Shown: positions 60,501 to 64,000 of the stretch, piece by piece | Layout: each line of letters begins with the position of its first letter | How positions within the stretch are numbered: position 1 is the stretch's first letter | NCBI RefSeq assembly: GCF_006345805.1 | Contig: NC_043011.1 | Location: forward strand, 11,408,001-11,472,000 | Direction: 5' to 3' | DNA: 64,000 bases | DNA from: Octopus sinensis | Taxonomy: Eukaryota | Program-made: the position numbers and the translations under genes | The notes under the pieces: model-generated | Told to the model about the DNA's origin: nothing | Databases searched by the model: none | What the model saw: the letters and a program-made list of their open reading frames with translations, nothing else

Positions 60501-63500
60501 GGATGGTGCTTTTTACGTGCCACCGGCACGGGGGCCAGGCGAGACTGGCAAACGGCCACGATCGGATGGTGCTTTTTATGTGCCACCGGCACTGGGGCCA
60601 GGGGAGGCTGGCAAACGGCCACGATCGGATGGTGATTTTTACGTGCCACCAGCACGGCGGCCAGGCGAGGCTGGCAAACGGCCACGATCGGATGGTGCTT
60701 GTTACGTGCCACTGCACGGGGGCCAGGCGAGGCTGGCAAACGGCCACGATCGGAAGTTGCTTTTTACGTGCCACCGGCACGGGGGCCAGGCGGGGCTGGC
60801 AAACGGCCATGATCAGATGGTGTTTTTTTAATGTGCCACCGGCACGGCGGCCGGGCGAGGCTGGCAAACGGCCATGATCGGATGGTGCTTTTTACATGCC
60901 ACCAGCACTGGGGCCAGGCTAGGCTGGCAAACGGCCACGATCAGATGATGCTTTTTACGTGCCACAGGCACGGGGGCCAAGCGAGGCTGGCAAACGGCCA
61001 TGATCGGATGGTGCTTTTTATGTGCCACCAGCACTGGGGCCAGGCGAGGCTGGCAAACGGCCCCGATCGGATGGTGCTTTTTACGTGCCACCGGCACTGG
61101 GGCCTGGCGAGGCTGGCAAACGGCCACGATCTGATGGTGCTTTTTACGTGCCAGCAGCCCTGGGGCCAGGCGAGGCTGGGAAACGGCCATCATCGGATGG
61201 TGCTTTTTATGTGCCACCGGCACTGATGCCAGGCGACGCTGGCATACGGCCACGATTGGATGGTGCCTTTTACGTGCCACCGGCACTGGGGCCACGCTAG
61301 GCTGGCAAACGGTCACGATCGGATGGTGCTATTTATGTGCCACCGGCACTGGGGCCAGGCGTGGTTGGTAAACCGCCACGATCGGATGGTGCTTTTTACG
61401 TGCCACCGGCAAAGGGGGCCAGGCGAGGCTGGCAAACGCCCACGATCGGATGGTGCTTTTTACATGCCACTGGCACTGCAGCCAGGCGAGGCTGGCAAAT
61501 GGCCATGATCGGATGGTGCTTTTTACGTCCCACCGGCACGGGTGCCAGGCGAGGCTGGCAAACGGCCACGATCGGATGGTGCTTTATATGTGCCACCGGC
61601 ACTGGGGCCAGGCGAGGCTGGCAAACGGCCACGATCGGATGGTGCTTTTTACGTGCCACCGGCACGAGGCCCAGGCGAGGCTGGCAAACGGCCACGATCG
61701 GATGGTGCTTTTTACGTGCCACCGGCATTGTGGCCAGGTGACGCTGGCAGACGGCCACGATCGGATGGTGCTTTTCACGTGCCACCGGCATGGTGGCTAG
61801 GCGAGGCTGGCAAACGGCCACGATCGGATGGTGCTTTTTACGTGCCACCGGCACTGGGGCCAGGTGAAGCTGGCAAATGGCCATGATCGGATGGTGCTTT
61901 TTACGTGCCACCAGCACTGGGGCCAGGCTAGGCTGGCAAACGGCCACGATCGGATGGTGCATTTTATGCGCCAACGGCGCTGGGGCCAGGCGAGGTTGGC
62001 AAACGGCCACGATCAGATGGTGCTTTTTACGTGCCACCGGCACTGGGGCCAGCCGGGGCTTACAAACAGCCACGATCGGATGGTGCTTTTTACGTGCCAC
62101 CTGCACAGGTGCCAGGTGAGGCTGGCAAACAGCCACGTTCGGATGGTGCTTTTTACGTCCCACCGGCACGGGGGCCGGGCGAGGCTGGAAAACGGCCACG
62201 ATCGGATGGTGCTTTTTACGTGCCACCGGCACTGGGGCCAAGCGGGGCTGGCAAACAGCCACGATCGGATGGTGCTTTTTACGTCCCACCGGCACAGGTG
62301 CCAGGCGAGGCTGGCAAACGGCCACGATCGGATGGTGCTTTTTATGTCCCACCGGCACGGGGGCCGGGCGAGGCTGGCAAACGGCCACGATCGGATGGTG
62401 CTTTTTACGTGCCACCGGCACTGGGGCCAGGTGAAACTGGCAAACGGCCATGATCGGATGGTGCCGTTTACGTGCCGCCGGCACAAGGGGCAGGTGTGGC
62501 CTACAAACGGCGATCATCGGATGGTGCCTTTTACGTGCCACCGGCACGTGGGCCGGGCGAGGCTGGCAAACGGCCACGATCGGATGGTGCTTTTTACGTT
62601 CCACCGGCACTGGGGCCAGGTGAGGCTGGCAAATGGCCATGATCGGTGGTGCTTTTTACGTGCCACCGGCACTGGGGCCAGGCGAGGCTGGCAAACGGCC
62701 ACGATCGGATGGTGTTTGTTACGTGCCACTGCACGGGGGCCAGGCGAGGCTGGCAAACGGCCACGATCGGAAGTTGCTTTTTACGTGCCACCGGCACGGG
62801 GGCCAGGCGGGGCTGGCAAACGGCCATGATCAGATGGTGGTTTTTATGTGCCACCGGCATGGCGGCCGGGCGAGGCTGGCAAACGGCCATGATCGGATGG
62901 TGCTTTTTACATGCCACCAGCACTGGGGCCAGGCTAGGCTGGCAAACGGCCACGATCGGATGGTGCATTTTATGCGCCAACGGCACTGGGGCCAGGCTAG
63001 GTTGGCAAACGGCCACGATCAGATGATGCTTTTTACGTGCCACAGGCACGGGGGCCAAGCGAGGCTGGCAAACGGCCATGATCGGATGGTGCTTTTTATG
63101 TGCCACCAGCACTGGGGCCAGGCGAGGCTGGCAAACGGCCCCGATCGGATGGTGCTTTTTACGTGCCACCGGCACTGGGGCCTGGCGAGGCTGGCAAATG
63201 GCCACGATCGGATGGTGCTTTTTACGTGCCAACGGCATGGGGGCCAGGCGAGGTGGCAAACGGCCACGATCTGATGGTGCTTTTTACGTGCCAGCAGCCC
63301 TGGGGCCAGGCGAGGCTGGGAAACGGCCATCATCGGATGGTGCTTTTTACGTGCCACCGGCACTGATGCCAGGCGACGCTGGCATACGGCCACGATTGGA
63401 TGGTGCCTTTTACGTGCCACCGGCACGGGGGCCAGGGGAGGCTGGCAGACGGCCACGATCGGATGGTGCTTTTTACGTGCCACCGGCACTGGGGCCACGC

Positions 63501-64000
63501 TAGGCTGGCAAACGGTCACGATCGGATGGTGCTATTTATGTCCCACCGGCACTGGGGCCAGGCGTGGTTGGTAAACCGCCACGATCGGATGGTGCTTTTT
63601 ACGTGCCACCGGCAAAGGGGGCCAGGCGAGGCTGGCAAACGCCCACGATCGGATGGTGCTTTTTACATGCCACTGGCACTGCAGCCAGGCGAGGCTGGCA
63701 AATGGCCATGATCGGATGGTGCTTTTTACGTCCCACCGGCACGGGTGCCAGGCGAGGCTGGCAAACGGCCACGATCGGATGGTGCTTTATATGTGCCACC
63801 GGCACTGGGGCCAGGCGAGGCTGGCAAACGGCCACGATCGGATGGTGCTTTTTACGTGCCACCGGCACGGGGCCCAGGCGAGGCTGGCAAACGGCCACGA
63901 TCGGATGGTGCTTTTTACGTGCCACCGGCATTGTGGCCAGGTGAGGCTGGCAGACGGCCACGATCGGATGGTGCTTTTCACGTGCCACCGGCATGGTGGC
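54558..64000. repeat. 63-bp GC/CpG-rich satellite array, about 150 monomers, open at the window end
   Basis: Consensus GGTGCTTTTTACGTGCCACCGGCAC(G/T)GGGGCCAGGCGAGGCTGGCAAACGGCCACGATCGGAT. Copy number estimated as 9443/63. Confidence 0.98.

Noticed and set aside
54509-63994. Dozens of long ORFs (up to 582 aa) with 21-aa repeats such as MVLFTCHRHWGQARLANGHDR
   Set aside because: They arise because the 63-bp unit is stop-free in five frames. Frames are broken at random by indels, overlap on both strands, and derive from a LINE UTR.
54558-64000. CRISPR-like regular array
   Set aside because: There are no unique spacers, the whole unit repeats, the context is eukaryotic and there are no cas genes.

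Overview
Eukaryotic, AT-rich, repeat-dominated genomic DNA. The SINE and RTE repertoire looks like Octopus/cephalopod, but that is inferred from recalled repeat families, not a database hit. One host gene is reconstructed on the + strand: the 5' part of an SV2/SVOP-like MFS transporter, with a promoter near 22.0-22.1 kb and coding exons at 22157-22268, 40066-40116, 43428-43589, 48692-48854 and 52726-52847. All splice phases are compatible and the gene continues past the window. The rest is transposon-derived: L1/Tx1, R4/Dong, CR1 and RTE LINEs (one RTE has an uninterrupted ~930-codon frame), Penelope-like relics, three tRNA-derived SINE families, Merlin, piggyBac, Tc1-like and Helitron elements, and micro/minisatellites. 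The most notable observations are: (1) a >=9.4 kb CpG-rich 63-bp satellite with nested higher-order repeats, visibly grown out of an RTE 3'UTR inside intron 5; (2) two well-formed type I hammerhead ribozyme folds, one with the covariant U3-A8 core and one sense-oriented in intron 1, plus two decayed ones; (3) a CR1 LINE and the dominant SINE sharing a 3' stem-loop with compensatory changes; (4) a uORF whose stop overlaps the main ATG. Coordinates were read by eye; repeat boundaries are approximate.
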